A DNA stretch of 64,000 nt from positions 8,689 to 72,688 of the forward strand of contig CAYVSD010000003.1 of NCBI GenBank assembly GCA_964453315.1, written 5' to 3'. Shown here one piece after another: positions 48,801 through 53,720 of this stretch. Each line of letters opens with the position of its first letter. Positions within the stretch are counted from its first letter, which is position 1. This stretch comes from an uncultured Muribaculaceae bacterium (GTDB lineage Bacteria > Cyanobacteriota > Vampirovibrionia > Gastranaerophilales > Gastranaerophilaceae). A model generated the notes under the pieces. It was given only the letters and a program-made list of their open reading frames with translations, had not been told where the DNA came from and did not search any database. The position numbers and the translations under genes were made by a program.

Positions 48801-50186
48801 TATGTTAATATTCCGCCCTGCCGTAATTCGAGTACCTTGTTGTATATTAACAACGCTTGAAGTTCTTGGTCCTTCAAAGCCGTTAAAAATGCCTGACGAA
48901 AAATATTCGGAAAGCTTTGCATTTGCTCTTTGAGTAGTATCTATTGAGCCGTCATTACCTACAATTGCATCTTTCAGAAGAAGTATAGCAGTAGGTGATA
49001 ATAAATTTATGTTTTGTTCTGTTTTTGATGTAGATTCCGCATATACAGAAACATCATTTGTTGCTTCTATTACGGCGTTTTTAATTGTAACATTAGCCTC
49101 CGCTCCGCCTGATGTTCCCCAAAGACTTGTTAGAGAGTAATTAGGAGAAAATAAATCCACGACAGCATTTTTGATAAATGCAATAGAATCAGGACTTAAA
49201 GTTGAAATTATTTTTTCGTTAGTTGCAAGTGCCTGTATTTCAACATCTTTTGACTTTATATTTGAATCTTCAATTTTGATTTCCGATTTTACCAAATCTT
49301 TGTGTTCTTGTTCGGAATATTTGGCATTTGACTTTATATCAATTTTATTTGAGGCAACCAAATCCGATTTTTGAACATCAATTTTTGCATTAGAGTCACT
49401 TTGAGCTAAAATGACTATTTTACCGTTTTGTAAATCAAACGTTGTTCCGTCTGTTATATTATGAGAAACTAAATTGTCAAAAAGGGTTTTTGCCGTATCG
49501 TAATCCGTAAATGCAGTATTAGTATCTTTCAAACCAGAAACAATACCGGCATGAGAATTATTTGTACCTTCCACTTTTATTTCTTTTCCGTAAAGATTTA
49601 CTTCTCCTCTCGCTAAAATCTTTCCGTTTACAACGATATTTCCAGTTGAATCTTTTAATAATGAGTTATATTTTTCAGCACCGACTTGGTAGGTTGATAA
49701 ACTATCCAAACTACCATTGATATGCTGATTATATTTATCTAAAAACGCATTATAAGAATTATGAGAAGGAGTAATTAACGACAAAGAACCAACATTTAAA
49801 ATACCTGATGACCCTATAACAACACCGCTGGGAGATACAAAAATTGCGTGTCCGTTAAAGAAGTTGTTCCCTTGCATTGTATTCAAAATACCATTTATAT
49901 TGACCTGATTATTTACAAGGTTTATGAATTTATCATAACCGATTTTGTAAATCAGGTTTGCAATATCACCTTCTGTAAGGTTAAAGTTGGAGTACTGCCT
50001 GAATTGAGTTGAACCTGAAAATTTTTGGCCTTCAATATTGTATACATTATGGCCACTTTGTTGCGTCGGATCTACACCCGAAATACTAGACGCAAAAACA
50101 AACGGTGAAGAGTTATAAAGCATAAAACTTATAACAAGTGCACCGGCAACAATCCGTTGTCTTATTTTATTTTCTGATATATTCAT
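30888..50186 (-). CDS. Giant two-partner-secretion exoprotein (TpsA / filamentous haemagglutinin-like adhesin), 6432 aa
   Basis: Extended signal peptide plus TPS (haemagglutination activity) domain: NIEGQKFSGSTQFRQYSNFNLTEGDIANL...NGHAIFVSPSGVVIGSSGILNVGSLSL. Thousands of residues of beta-helix-type repeats follow. A divergent TpsB gene lies next door. Confidence 0.9.
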   Translation of the reverse strand: MNISENKIRQRIVAGALVISFMLYNSSPFVFASSISGVDPTQQSGHNVYNIEGQKFSGSTQFRQYSNFNLTEGDIANLIYKIGYDKFINLVNNQVNINGILNTMQGNNFFNGHAIFVSPSGVVIGSSGILNVGSLSLITPSHNSYNAFLDKYNQHINGSLDSLSTYQVGAEKYNSLLKDSTGNIVVNGKILARGEVNLYGKEIKVEGTNNSHAGIVSGLKDTNTAFTDYDTAKTLFDNLVSHNITDGTTFDLQNGKIVILAQSDSNAKIDVQKSDLVASNKIDIKSNAKYSEQEHKDLVKSEIKIEDSNIKSKDVEIQALATNEKIISTLSPDSIAFIKNAVVDLFSPNYSLTSLWGTSGGAEANVTIKNAVIEATNDVSVYAESTSKTEQNINLLSPTAILLLKDAIVGNDGSIDTTQRANAKLSEYFSSGIFNGFEGPRTSSVVNIQQGTRITAGRNININSFADSSLTATSTLLAQVLPIGIYGVGTSTVSKAIVSDSFLNSTGDTNVGALSLNTNKIVMSSDSLLSMPVEDGAFAILLNNTTKTTTEAKVNNSEVNARDLNVEAVNLSNSDVKVAMTALVDKNVQNQGDSANSAVSLVGILNRSSNNVTAEINQGTINTTEDVNVLAQSLNINKNSASGKIQDANVVSPSAKFSDAKKKLKGFQTTYLNRSLFSRVKGKTEIEASGNSLVQAGGALVWSETANNANAKITNSTVTAGEDVDVRANTIDLTANSALADSNGKAKVGVGLGVIVNEESNNTNAIIDNSTIYADNIDVYSTTELPMNQGAITFGVNLPFNIYGVDKIQFGGDFASEANGKWDLSFIYPGSTASYSAGADFTGVANQNITSTVTDAILPKFRLTGFFNNFAQTSSAAEGVDVSASIIYNEVVNNTLADIRNNSNINLDGDLTVNAVNSVIGYNAAGMIDVLINKLNYKLPGQPDWEYVPQMDTDSFGVGANVIWDIYNNNAVAKIENSTVTSENGDVNVTSANEQAYITAIATGARSKSIGIDGSVNVQKLKGNTYSNVLNNSEITAKNVNVNAGNGVIKTSGGKINLREDANQAELKEERKAEDQITNIIATGAWVSQYKEIDNNVQESSKGVAIGADVNYTSIERNIKALVENSTTTSALNTAINANTYSQTLNLAVAAAFSGGVVQKNKNISKIDSGVDKAKNDNNEVFGNLFENEDQYMKNPVGNALAPFSLSGAGAVNLTMDTTNVESGISNTTVNTGSAFNVISNKESRIINMSGGLGKSKKVGAGAALNFYRQNGKISSKINSSTVEFSAPTPTLNVTSNNTNKIVDIAIGAGVGANSQAEATGFRGAAGGSYTRNTITPTIEAIINDSAVSSTDDSKLITANVSANSQITILDIAGGGAYLNGGTLGVGAGFATNYNDINNTINALVQNSTLTDINDLSVQSLAQNNFTNVAVAGAIVNETSTGFLFNGALNLDFIHNAMSSKIVNSDVLASGDIDVSATSNTDNLNVAGTLNYSSANTGLGVNGNVVVNSQKNDLTAEINNGNDKEIIADNVSVAAQSNEKSTGTAVGAAFAKKNTMAAANIVLNIIRNSVNSLVKGKILTSDNLDVSAYDETTLYSRGVTASVAGPDALAAVGGTINYDILNKTVNAKIFDSVIDSKDVTVNASSINSFGGTKNAQDKYDRDNFSDDNYDEKLLAKNDKGEYTGLKQGANFTNWNMFYDVSAGAALAFAGAWIIKNVKNEIEAEVSNSVIGANNLDVVAQDYSIKNIISGAISGSGQVGVGASVLITKDNSNVYSLITNGSDLDIENRLRADAKNIKDNIQVLAALGGGGTGYAGVNVLKNDNTDKTVAKIDKLKMDEPVLPKNPTSEQTAIYNEQKQQWDNAQNVKVKASQTYVNAQSDQNSTHVIVAGGGAGTVALAINPAINTYKSETKAGILNTTVENSSINVNANNDTKTRDIQAGVAGSGVVAGVGLVVINDYADTIKSTIDKSVIDTTKDISVLSNSSLYSLNVLASVGVAIEGVSVVANVVKNHVLKETEASIKNSTVENAGNIEVIANKGKQDKIINVSGGVAVAATGVSGTTGNIYNIYKNKTSADVISTEIEQATSLDVEAYSDKVITNRNVGVSAGIVGAGILVDTLVNELDSTTTATIDVKNKQIFLTDDVTVLANDKMQSSNTMVAVYGGAGFAGANVNFFDSDNLVKAQILSETDGLISARNVDVNSSSEIALGNTNVGVALGIGGIAGDVFGLRLGKRSDKYSTSEEKSNITQAKDESKNLYDKTSQNGQSYYTPTSSPENLKTGSIASSNANISTTEDVNINAQSKLKGIDSDKLSLKNVNTSVGGAAIGVGIKGVKLNNNTLAETSGGEINAAGDVNLSSEFKNNVEIINTDVNVAGVSVAGSSALYVNSSDTTSKIANSTISADNVNVISNSDAKAELTGTSVLVSGASFGISVTDATDINKIVAIITGDTNIEASGAININATNNADLSSVLRTTIVSLVAPITYIKNTAEEKSITKAIIENVNGKIASNGLNIIADSDLMSVNSRTNVVSVTGISAAALGGAGATMDAELTAGIDSLNGLVVDNVGQTQILTGVKHSDNTKASDIKATSKILSVNSSILGVYTGTEAKVTNKAKINAKLKANEHNADSLVIKAMQNEVNDASLDSTVATLLGVSVAEITATANGDLKVDIAGNNTISNAANIYINNTALNKVSMFSAIVAFVSGLKTSLESSMQTNTNVNLSGNFNSGSLTAEINTNRNTDFDLTSRAGGVIGAGNLVLKNEIKGDSILTLSNLITDSNKKVNSMNLSNVATNKSNTITHQYSGGVIGSGAINYNVKFDTNTKLNVENSEINSLSDVGLNVKNNTLIADSSDSLSEGIVAVSKNVYSQEYNSNAELNVKNSKIKARNVNLKSAANVASTGDKHLTYYGKGSGFYASQKLDITNNIKENSKINIENSELRAKDKLKLEILTESKFKQQTNAKASGFIASPKNSNTLNVTGNNTLNIDNKSKLYSDSKVDINLDSKNDLEARANAKSEHFGFKDPQAESYLKVEINNEINNNGVIEAGNDVDIDFMGNSTSNLTQYAHTEAQAAIPTSTEKGSLTKKVNNKLNINSGAKVISGNDIDITYSSGAGKESSEVSYESVCRVVFGIPITSKGNKSNFTSTHTRSLKLDGEIIAGNGNDRYMKINQDGSIDSSTYGFYDYEYALKNDGIADIDNMKQNNIASIQIDLKNTKDNITEITETITSLNDKKSSLEQDYAENKEITDYIQNLQENGYTFKTVSEVNNIIQNKIKTTVMASGVLEEKYNTILTSYNTRLAEIEDINSQIYSGAREGEYITAPTISEFLDANDYGLSSEQKTVMANAMNSEKALISATDKGDFTTYNNQYILTNKIVTKDNKNIGEEYADILNTQNSIQSTIDSISTKIDDNTQVKEELIARKQTLESGLTKAQQDVIEDDANKKYAIVFNYISPNSSVIKLNNIRNNEISGTGSIKTAASNFVIDNYSQRSIVFNGIDLNASAQSGLFINGKNMQKFKGSEKALSGVSAYYYIENFIGSNFANIPTTGVHYLSNSQNNAPDGITITNYFDTSNPFLDVSLVPDIIFYDDITSNSALNIKNTSGNIVFDLDSIVSNNLNLEAQQGNVDITLKKNDAKLTLKANDKIFAGKNINIKANEVDIKGKLATGYSDRTITITDSMLNNLIVDETTGQKNMINLGENDNIKAIYTDNQIYLYNVGQTGGNITITKKDGSNVAGVIDADITMAKGYQAISIDNKTSKQLNVSNISNKSIDGIFSANGATLKRGVTYIGYDSTNTIINSVGKLVLEGIINNGEGTLNIVTNNGLDINPVINNLDEVQDSIIASGETLIDIKNGASDISGNISHTGNLNIIKDSYTPFVISSKIKNKNGDINITNKEYNKGIDFSGSIENQNGDVIISSQGGYNQTGKITNNNGLIKIVNNHNGMASIYDSIINNNGDIVFETAGFDLNSNIEAVEGSVNILNPGWKFITGDNSSIKAKTGISIYNGDNHTNKLVIKSDILNTGSGKISITNVNTDGIELLKGVTNKGGEIVILDAGKTVISNAVTSELGDITIDSNGIDINNVITADKGNISISSTNNYKQDAAIINNQGDTAIIVSNGTTSINGNITNAIGDISITTSGVSADIASNIKTSAGNIAIENKKGNLTLKNTSSVEATDGISIKNTNNAQNLNIAGTVNNTNSGDVKISSLNALSLDNTVVNKTGSISISSKDLSINNNISTEKGTISVSSSNSYSQNANITNKDGNTLINAEGTSATINGKVENTKGNIRLITNSTTSNINSTVETLDGTIEVKNKKGGLTFTDTSAIKATKGVSIENTGSALNINAPITNSDAGNIEISSTNGLSLTENITNQNGNFIVSNTAGNLVLAGAITNAIGNVQITNSGNELFVGGNIENSGHIVITQDGTGNSVIQSLIANTGVIDITNNSYSDLTISKNISTKNGNINIISNGNSVISNTITTDFGNIVVTSNGLTLGSAVVEKAGDITITSTNGYTQNGNITTDYGKILISLSNGSNTINGDIINTKGNIGIETNSLNTQFDSNIKTSDGKIEIDNKKGNLEFKGAKDIEATNGILIQNSGSSEKLTINAELTNDDHGIEISSKNGLDIKGSIINKKGDLSIFNTNGDLTSESKITNLDGEVFFANGGGKIDITGDIDNIGNFAITQKGSGTVNIAGLIDNIGNIRIDNQSISNLAISNAITNENGNIVISSNGNSIITSAISNNITDGTGNITITSNGLSVKDVSTKKGEITLTSTNGYSQSGNVVNNEGNTTITSTNGTNVIIGDITNTKGNIGITTNSTSTNIASNISTSDGTVSIENQKGDLELSNVSATEGISIKNTNNAQKLNIDGTVSNKNNDIVISSLKDLTISNTVTNETGNVDISSLNGLTISDAISNETGNINISNNSGLATISGVITNNNGNILISNSGNSILSNSVSTNTGDVSITSNGLSVKDVSTNKGEITLTSTNGYSQSGNVVNNEGNTTITSTNGTNVIIGDITNTKGNIGITTNSTSTNIASNISTSDGTVSIENQKGDLELSNVSATEGISIKNTNNAQKLNIDGTVSNKNNDIVISSLKDLTISNTVTNETGNVDISSLNGLTISDAISNETGNINISNNSGLATISGVITNNNGNILISNSGNSILSNSVSTNTGDVSITSNGLSVKDVSTNKGKITLTSTNGYSQSGNIINQEGNTVISSTNGANMIIGDITNTKGDIEITTNGAGTSIASDIKTSDGSVNIENKKGNIELSSVTATDGITLNNTGNQLSINSDITNLDGDIDILSNNGIHAKGAISNTNGDINITNINNDLIISNSINNALGDVAITNSGARLTVSGDITNNGLLNITQAGNNEANISGKIENNGNVNIANNSTSNLVVSNAIEVQNADITVTSNGNSIISDKISTDIGNITIASNGLSIAGISTNKGDITLTSTNGYSQSGNIVNKEGNTVISSTNGSNVFIGDITNTKGNISITTDSVSTSIGTDIKTYDGTVNIENKQGNLFLTDVSTVSATNGVAIKNTNNAQKIDISGTVSNKNNDVVISSLNGLTISNAILNETGDINISNNLGLAAISGAITNGNGNIILTNNGTTGISGAVSTNIGDVTIASNGLSVKDVSTNKGEITLTSTNGYSQSGNVVNGEGNTTITSTNGTNVIIGDITNTKGNIGITTNSNSTSINSSVKNTDGNITITNKKGAINLLSDSNIETKNGNINISTEENSDKLTTNGKIANSESGNIVISTVNGAVVNGIVENTNGMINLNNTDKGSLQIGANILNRKGETNIANTSSNGGIYLATSGKIHNVNDEISLTNTGSKGIDIEGLIKTDAKNINITNQNSNIYIGEADSNNDNYITSAKDIIINQTNGSILNGSETNNDKHAYKTLLVSNGDLMLTVSDGDIGRTDAPKPGVSTKAETRVPDESINVKIDGKITAKAENENKTDKRFINLRAKESDLNLYNIVSDGNIVLTAADMIQTGEPDEQGYAPYKSYSVKNAGDIGDYVISGQNVSIVASENIGEDGKNLTMIQDHLGNPDSRVYLEAYDSIYFDGRSNKVGEKLRIAQARTKGLGQIVLDLEDETTIENLVFGNTISVKQKGKNLVINNISMYGEHLDDDDSILPIAEEARNAIGKQIIIEAYDAYANGEGNSTITIKNADILGLGLKDESGNRIVDVKLVADNIVFDSNATSDITKEPIVFEVRGVSKDDVVSVGGTRTNYNIKDGNYVANNVKINIDTDTNNNHGVIFNSLYADNAAVTTNMTDLTIKDAYITNKATIINGNHDTSDYNHIVVVDNNTRNLVPSDVQLYTQKTGNFNLGMNESINITTNAPVVHYLDNILVNGYHSENSFTRLTLKENIVQQVSKDIYKNLVAPDASLIKTVEVKLDTSNITSEEVINYTLSDEENLESDD
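34579..35856. repeat. Two essentially identical 639-bp (213-aa) tandem units inside tpsA
   Basis: The protein segment GEITLTSTNGYSQSGNVVNNEGNTT...SITSNGLSVKDVSTNKG occurs twice without change. The antisense ORFs 34549-35211 and 35218-35850 are identical over about 200 aa. More diverged units flank it (about 33.2-38.5 kb). Confidence 0.85.
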
Positions 50187-50344
50187 GAATATTGTATACT
50201 TCTTATTATTAATAATTGCTTCTAGATTATTGTTTTATGTAATTATTATAACACTTATTAATAAGAAATTAAACCTCAAATTATTTTTTTGTTACATTCA
50301 TAGTATGGAATATTACAATTTTTTGATGTACAATATTATAGGAA

Positions 50345-52273
50345 ATGAGAAGAAGATTTTTTTTTGCAATTATATATTTAGTTTTATCCTGTGGGGCAGC
50401 CATTGCGGCACCTCAAGACATTAATCCTTCGGTGTTTCTTCCTGCGGGTTCTTTAAATACTCATGATATGGACACACTCAGAAAATTTGAGATGGAAAAG
50501 CAAGAGCAAAAAGATTTTGAGCAGTACAAAGATAATAATATGCAAAAAGAGTCTGTAAAAAAAAAGAAAAAAATAAAAGCAAAAGTTGAAAAAGCAAATA
50601 TAAATGAATATGCAACAAAAGGGGTTTATGTTGAAAATATTGAAGTTTCCCCCTCTGAAATTTTAACAGAAGAAGAAATAAAGAGTATTATTGAAGAATA
50701 CACACAAACGAATATTACTTTTGAACAATTACAGGAAATAGCGAACAGAATAAATAAATTATATCTTGATAAAGGTTATGTAACTGCCAGAGCATACATT
50801 CCGCAGCAAACAATAGAAAATGAAACCGTAAAAATAGAACTGTTAGAAGGCAGAGTTGGAGATATTACCATAACAGGCAATAGATGGACTCGTACAAAAT
50901 ACATAAAAGACCGAATTGATTCCCAAAAAGATTCTATTTTTAATGTCATAAAACTTGAGCAGAATATGACTCTGTTTAATCGTTATAATTATGGGATAGA
51001 CCTCACAGGGAATCTAAACCCAGGGGCTAAAAAACTTGGGACAACGGATATAGAACTTGTTGCACACGAAAAATCCCCTTTCCATTTAACGGCTTTGATG
51101 GATAATGCAGGTCGTGAAACTATTGGGAAATATAGAGCTGGATTGATGTTGCAAGACGATAGTTTGTTTGGAATGAGGGATAAATTAACTTTAGGTGCTT
51201 ATGCATCAAGGTATTCTGTCACACCATTTGCTGATTATAATATTCCTGTAAATAAAAAAGACGGCAGAATAGGATTTTCTTTTTCATCCAGTAATTCAAA
51301 AATAGGTTACGGTGATTACAGAATATTTAATATTAAAAGCAGGTCTCAAAATTATTCAATATACTTTAATCAACCTATTATCCGAAAATCTTATATGGAA
51401 TTGTCAAGTATAACTTCGTTAGATTATAAACAAGCAACAACAAGTTTTGACGGCGAAGATTTATATACAGATAAAATACCATCCGCTAAAACCGGTTTAA
51501 ATTTTAGATATGATACTAAAAGAGGGATTTGGTATTTAAATCAGAGTGTAGCTTATGCCGCACCATTATTCCAAAAAGATATCAATTACGTAAAAATTGA
51601 AGGCGGAATTTTAAGATTACACGATTTCGGTCATGGTATTGTTGGTCAGTTAAGAGGGAATTATCAGGTAATTCCTAAAGATGTTGTTCCCTATGCTGAT
51701 CAATTTGTTGCCGGTGGACTTGCAACAGTAAGAGGTTATTCAGAAGGTCTTTTAATTGGTCGTTCCGGATATTTATTGAGCGGAGAACTTTTATTCCCTC
51801 TTGCACCAAGAACAAGAGTTGATAAGAAGACAAACAAAACAAGGAATTTTATAGGAAACTATTTAAAAGGATTTGTGTTCTGCGACCACGCAATGGTTTT
51901 CCCGTATAAGGGCAATGGTACAGGGTCTGAGGGCTACAATAAAGATGACGTATTATTAAGTATTGGTTTAGGTACGAGAATAAACCTTCCTGGGGATCTA
52001 TCTATAAGGCTTTCTTGGGGTTTTCCGCTAATGAAAAATAAATATGAAGCTCCCCAAAGTTGGGGAAGATTTCATATAGAAATGAGTCTTTCACCTGATT
52101 TTGATGCTATCGTAAGATTAAGAAAGCCGAAAAATGTTGAAAAAGTTAAAATTGATGATGATATAAAATTAGTAAAAAATCATAAAAAAGAGAAAACTAT
52201 AAAAACACAAAAACGTACAATTATTAAATCTTTAAGTCCAGAACAAAAAATGAAATTGGGTTATTATAAATAA
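50345..52273 (+). CDS. TpsB outer-membrane transporter (ShlB/FhaC/HecB family, POTRA + beta-barrel)
   Basis: 642 aa. Signal peptide MRRRFFFAIIYLVLSCGAAIAAP. POTRA-like segment (GVYVENIEVSPSEILTEEEIKSIIEEY...LYLDKGYVTARAYIP). Barrel motif FVAGGLATVRGY. Divergent from tpsA with a 158-bp spacer. Confidence 0.85.
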   Translation: MRRRFFFAIIYLVLSCGAAIAAPQDINPSVFLPAGSLNTHDMDTLRKFEMEKQEQKDFEQYKDNNMQKESVKKKKKIKAKVEKANINEYATKGVYVENIEVSPSEILTEEEIKSIIEEYTQTNITFEQLQEIANRINKLYLDKGYVTARAYIPQQTIENETVKIELLEGRVGDITITGNRWTRTKYIKDRIDSQKDSIFNVIKLEQNMTLFNRYNYGIDLTGNLNPGAKKLGTTDIELVAHEKSPFHLTALMDNAGRETIGKYRAGLMLQDDSLFGMRDKLTLGAYASRYSVTPFADYNIPVNKKDGRIGFSFSSSNSKIGYGDYRIFNIKSRSQNYSIYFNQPIIRKSYMELSSITSLDYKQATTSFDGEDLYTDKIPSAKTGLNFRYDTKRGIWYLNQSVAYAAPLFQKDINYVKIEGGILRLHDFGHGIVGQLRGNYQVIPKDVVPYADQFVAGGLATVRGYSEGLLIGRSGYLLSGELLFPLAPRTRVDKKTNKTRNFIGNYLKGFVFCDHAMVFPYKGNGTGSEGYNKDDVLLSIGLGTRINLPGDLSIRLSWGFPLMKNKYEAPQSWGRFHIEMSLSPDFDAIVRLRKPKNVEKVKIDDDIKLVKNHKKEKTIKTQKRTIIKSLSPEQKMKLGYYK

Positions 52274-52440
52274 AAAATGGAGTGAATATCAATCTCACAG
52301 TTAATTTAATCTTATTCTTAGTGTTAAATTAAAAGTACCCAACAGACCGACAGGTCTGTCTGTGGTTCGAGCGAGGAGCGAGCAGAGGGCGAAGCAAATT
52401 TTGCTTGTGGCAACAAGCCACTAAAAGCAAAATGCGTAGT

Positions 52441-52481
52441 CCCGTTTATTGCGAGCGACTCAAGACTCTCCCACCGTCTCT
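52441..52481 (+). other. Decayed duplicate of the tmRNA 3' end (candidate displaced att half-site)
   Basis: CCCGTTTattgcgagcGACTcaagactCTCCCACCGTCTCt versus tmRNA 2461-2497 CCCGTTTtggacgtgggttcGACTCCCACCGTCTCC. This includes an exact GC-rich 11-mer, CCCACCGTCTC. Confidence 0.55.
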
Positions 52482-52553
52482 AGTTTATATTTTGCAAATT
52501 AATATTTGTTTGGGAGGAGTATCTTTTATCAGGACATTTGGTCGAAAGAGTTT
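52482..52553 (+). repeat. Copy B of the end-like module (no transposase follows)
   Basis: Homologous to 26021-26093. A second shared block (TTTTTGCAC..TTTTGTCC...TTGCACTAAAAA) lies at 52669-52708 versus 26161-26205. Same orientation as copy A. Confidence 0.6.
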
Positions 52554-52919
52554 CATGTCTTTGCAAGGGCGAAAGCCCGAAGCAATCCAGTTTTTGCCAA
52601 TTTATAAAGGTCGGAAGTTACTTGATTAAAAATGTCCTAAATATCCGATTTCAGTAGCAAAAATGTCCTCTTTTTGCACCCTTTTGTCCCCAAAATTGCA
52701 CTAAAAAGTAGGGTTGACTTTAGTCAACCATTTCAAGATATTTGGTAGACTGAAGTCTACCCTACCAACTTATATGACATAAATTGGTGTAATTTTAAGG
52801 ATAAATACAAAATTTCAGAGTTAAATTTGGAATAATTAATAAAATTTTGGTCGGGTTGAAACCCGACCTATTTACTAATTTTTCATATTCCTTATAAAAA
52901 ACTATATGATTTATTGCTA

Positions 52920-53606
52920 CTATTTTGATAACATGTCACTTGACAGAACATAAACAGGAGTATCTAATTTGAATAAAATTTTACTTCCGGCTTTAATTTT
53001 ATAATTCAAACCTTTTGCCATAGAACTTATCAAAATTCCAAATCCCTTGCATGTTCTTGGAACTACAACCAAACCTACAACACTTACTGATTCTATAGCT
53101 ACAGTAGCGACACTTATCGCTGAAAAAGTAACAATACCAATACTTGCAGGAATTACTCTTAATGCATTTAAGAATTGAGGAGATTTTAAATCACTTCCTT
53201 TTTTAGGTTCCATTCTTAGATTATAAGTTTGTTCATTCGGGAAAATTATTTTATCTATAATAATATATCCTCTTGCTCTTTTAAACATAGGTGAACTTTT
53301 TTTAATTTTTACAAATTTACCTGCAAATCTTGTATGTTCAGGTATATACATTCCGTTAGAAGCTTTTACTTTTGAAACTAATCTAAAAAAGACTTCATCA
53401 TTAACATTTGTATCATTTATATCTATATCGGATTCTGATTCAAGAACGTATGTTGTTTTCGGAACTAAAAAAACTTTTTCATCTTCAACTGTAGCTGAAA
53501 GAACTGTAGAATTTTGATCCTCATCATCATTTAATTCTGCTAACACAGGTTGAACCGTAACAAAATTTAGTAATAAAATTAACGCAAATAATATAAACTT
53601 TTTCAT
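52920..53606 (-). CDS. Hypothetical secreted/membrane protein
   Basis: 228 aa. Signal peptide MKKFILFALILLLNFVTVQPVLA. C-terminal hydrophobic stretch (IPASIGIVTFSAISVATVAIESVSVVGLVVV). Confidence 0.5.
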   Translation of the reverse strand: MKKFILFALILLLNFVTVQPVLAELNDDEDQNSTVLSATVEDEKVFLVPKTTYVLESESDIDINDTNVNDEVFFRLVSKVKASNGMYIPEHTRFAGKFVKIKKSSPMFKRARGYIIIDKIIFPNEQTYNLRMEPKKGSDLKSPQFLNALRVIPASIGIVTFSAISVATVAIESVSVVGLVVVPRTCKGFGILISSMAKGLNYKIKAGSKILFKLDTPVYVLSSDMLSK

Positions 53607-53720
53607 TCTATCCTCTAATAATCATTCTCTCTCAATTATATTTTAAAATCTGTAAAAGTAAAGTTTTTTATAAAGAGCGCATATCTTTTAACATTTTTAT
53701 GTATAATTTTATTAAAAAAA

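Larger units (their letters stand above)
2501..52481. mobile_element. Composite genomic island(s) inserted at the 3' end of ssrA (probably several stacked and decayed elements)
   Basis: Begins right after the tmRNA CCA end. Ends at a degenerate duplicate of the last ~40 nt of the tmRNA (52441-52481). Content is recombinase, transposase, defence-type and adhesin genes; housekeeping genes resume beyond. Confidence 0.5.

Noticed and set aside
31801-49374. About 35 plus-strand ORFs (60-220 aa) listed in the track inside the tpsA locus
   Set aside because: They are antisense to a continuous 19.3-kb ORF that has a clear TPS domain. Their translations are low-complexity Phe/Val/Ile/Pro strings that mirror the Asn/Gly/Thr repeats. 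These are open frames created by biased repeat codons.
52330-52482. Second complete tmRNA or tRNA gene upstream of module copy B
   Set aside because: Only the last ~40-55 nt resemble ssrA. There is no 5' acceptor strand, no tag frame, and the T-arm is disrupted. I interpret it as a displaced att remnant.
52405-52629. 74-aa plus-strand ORF
   Set aside because: It spans the tmRNA-like remnant and the repeated end module. It has no RBS and its composition is atypical for the genome's proteins.
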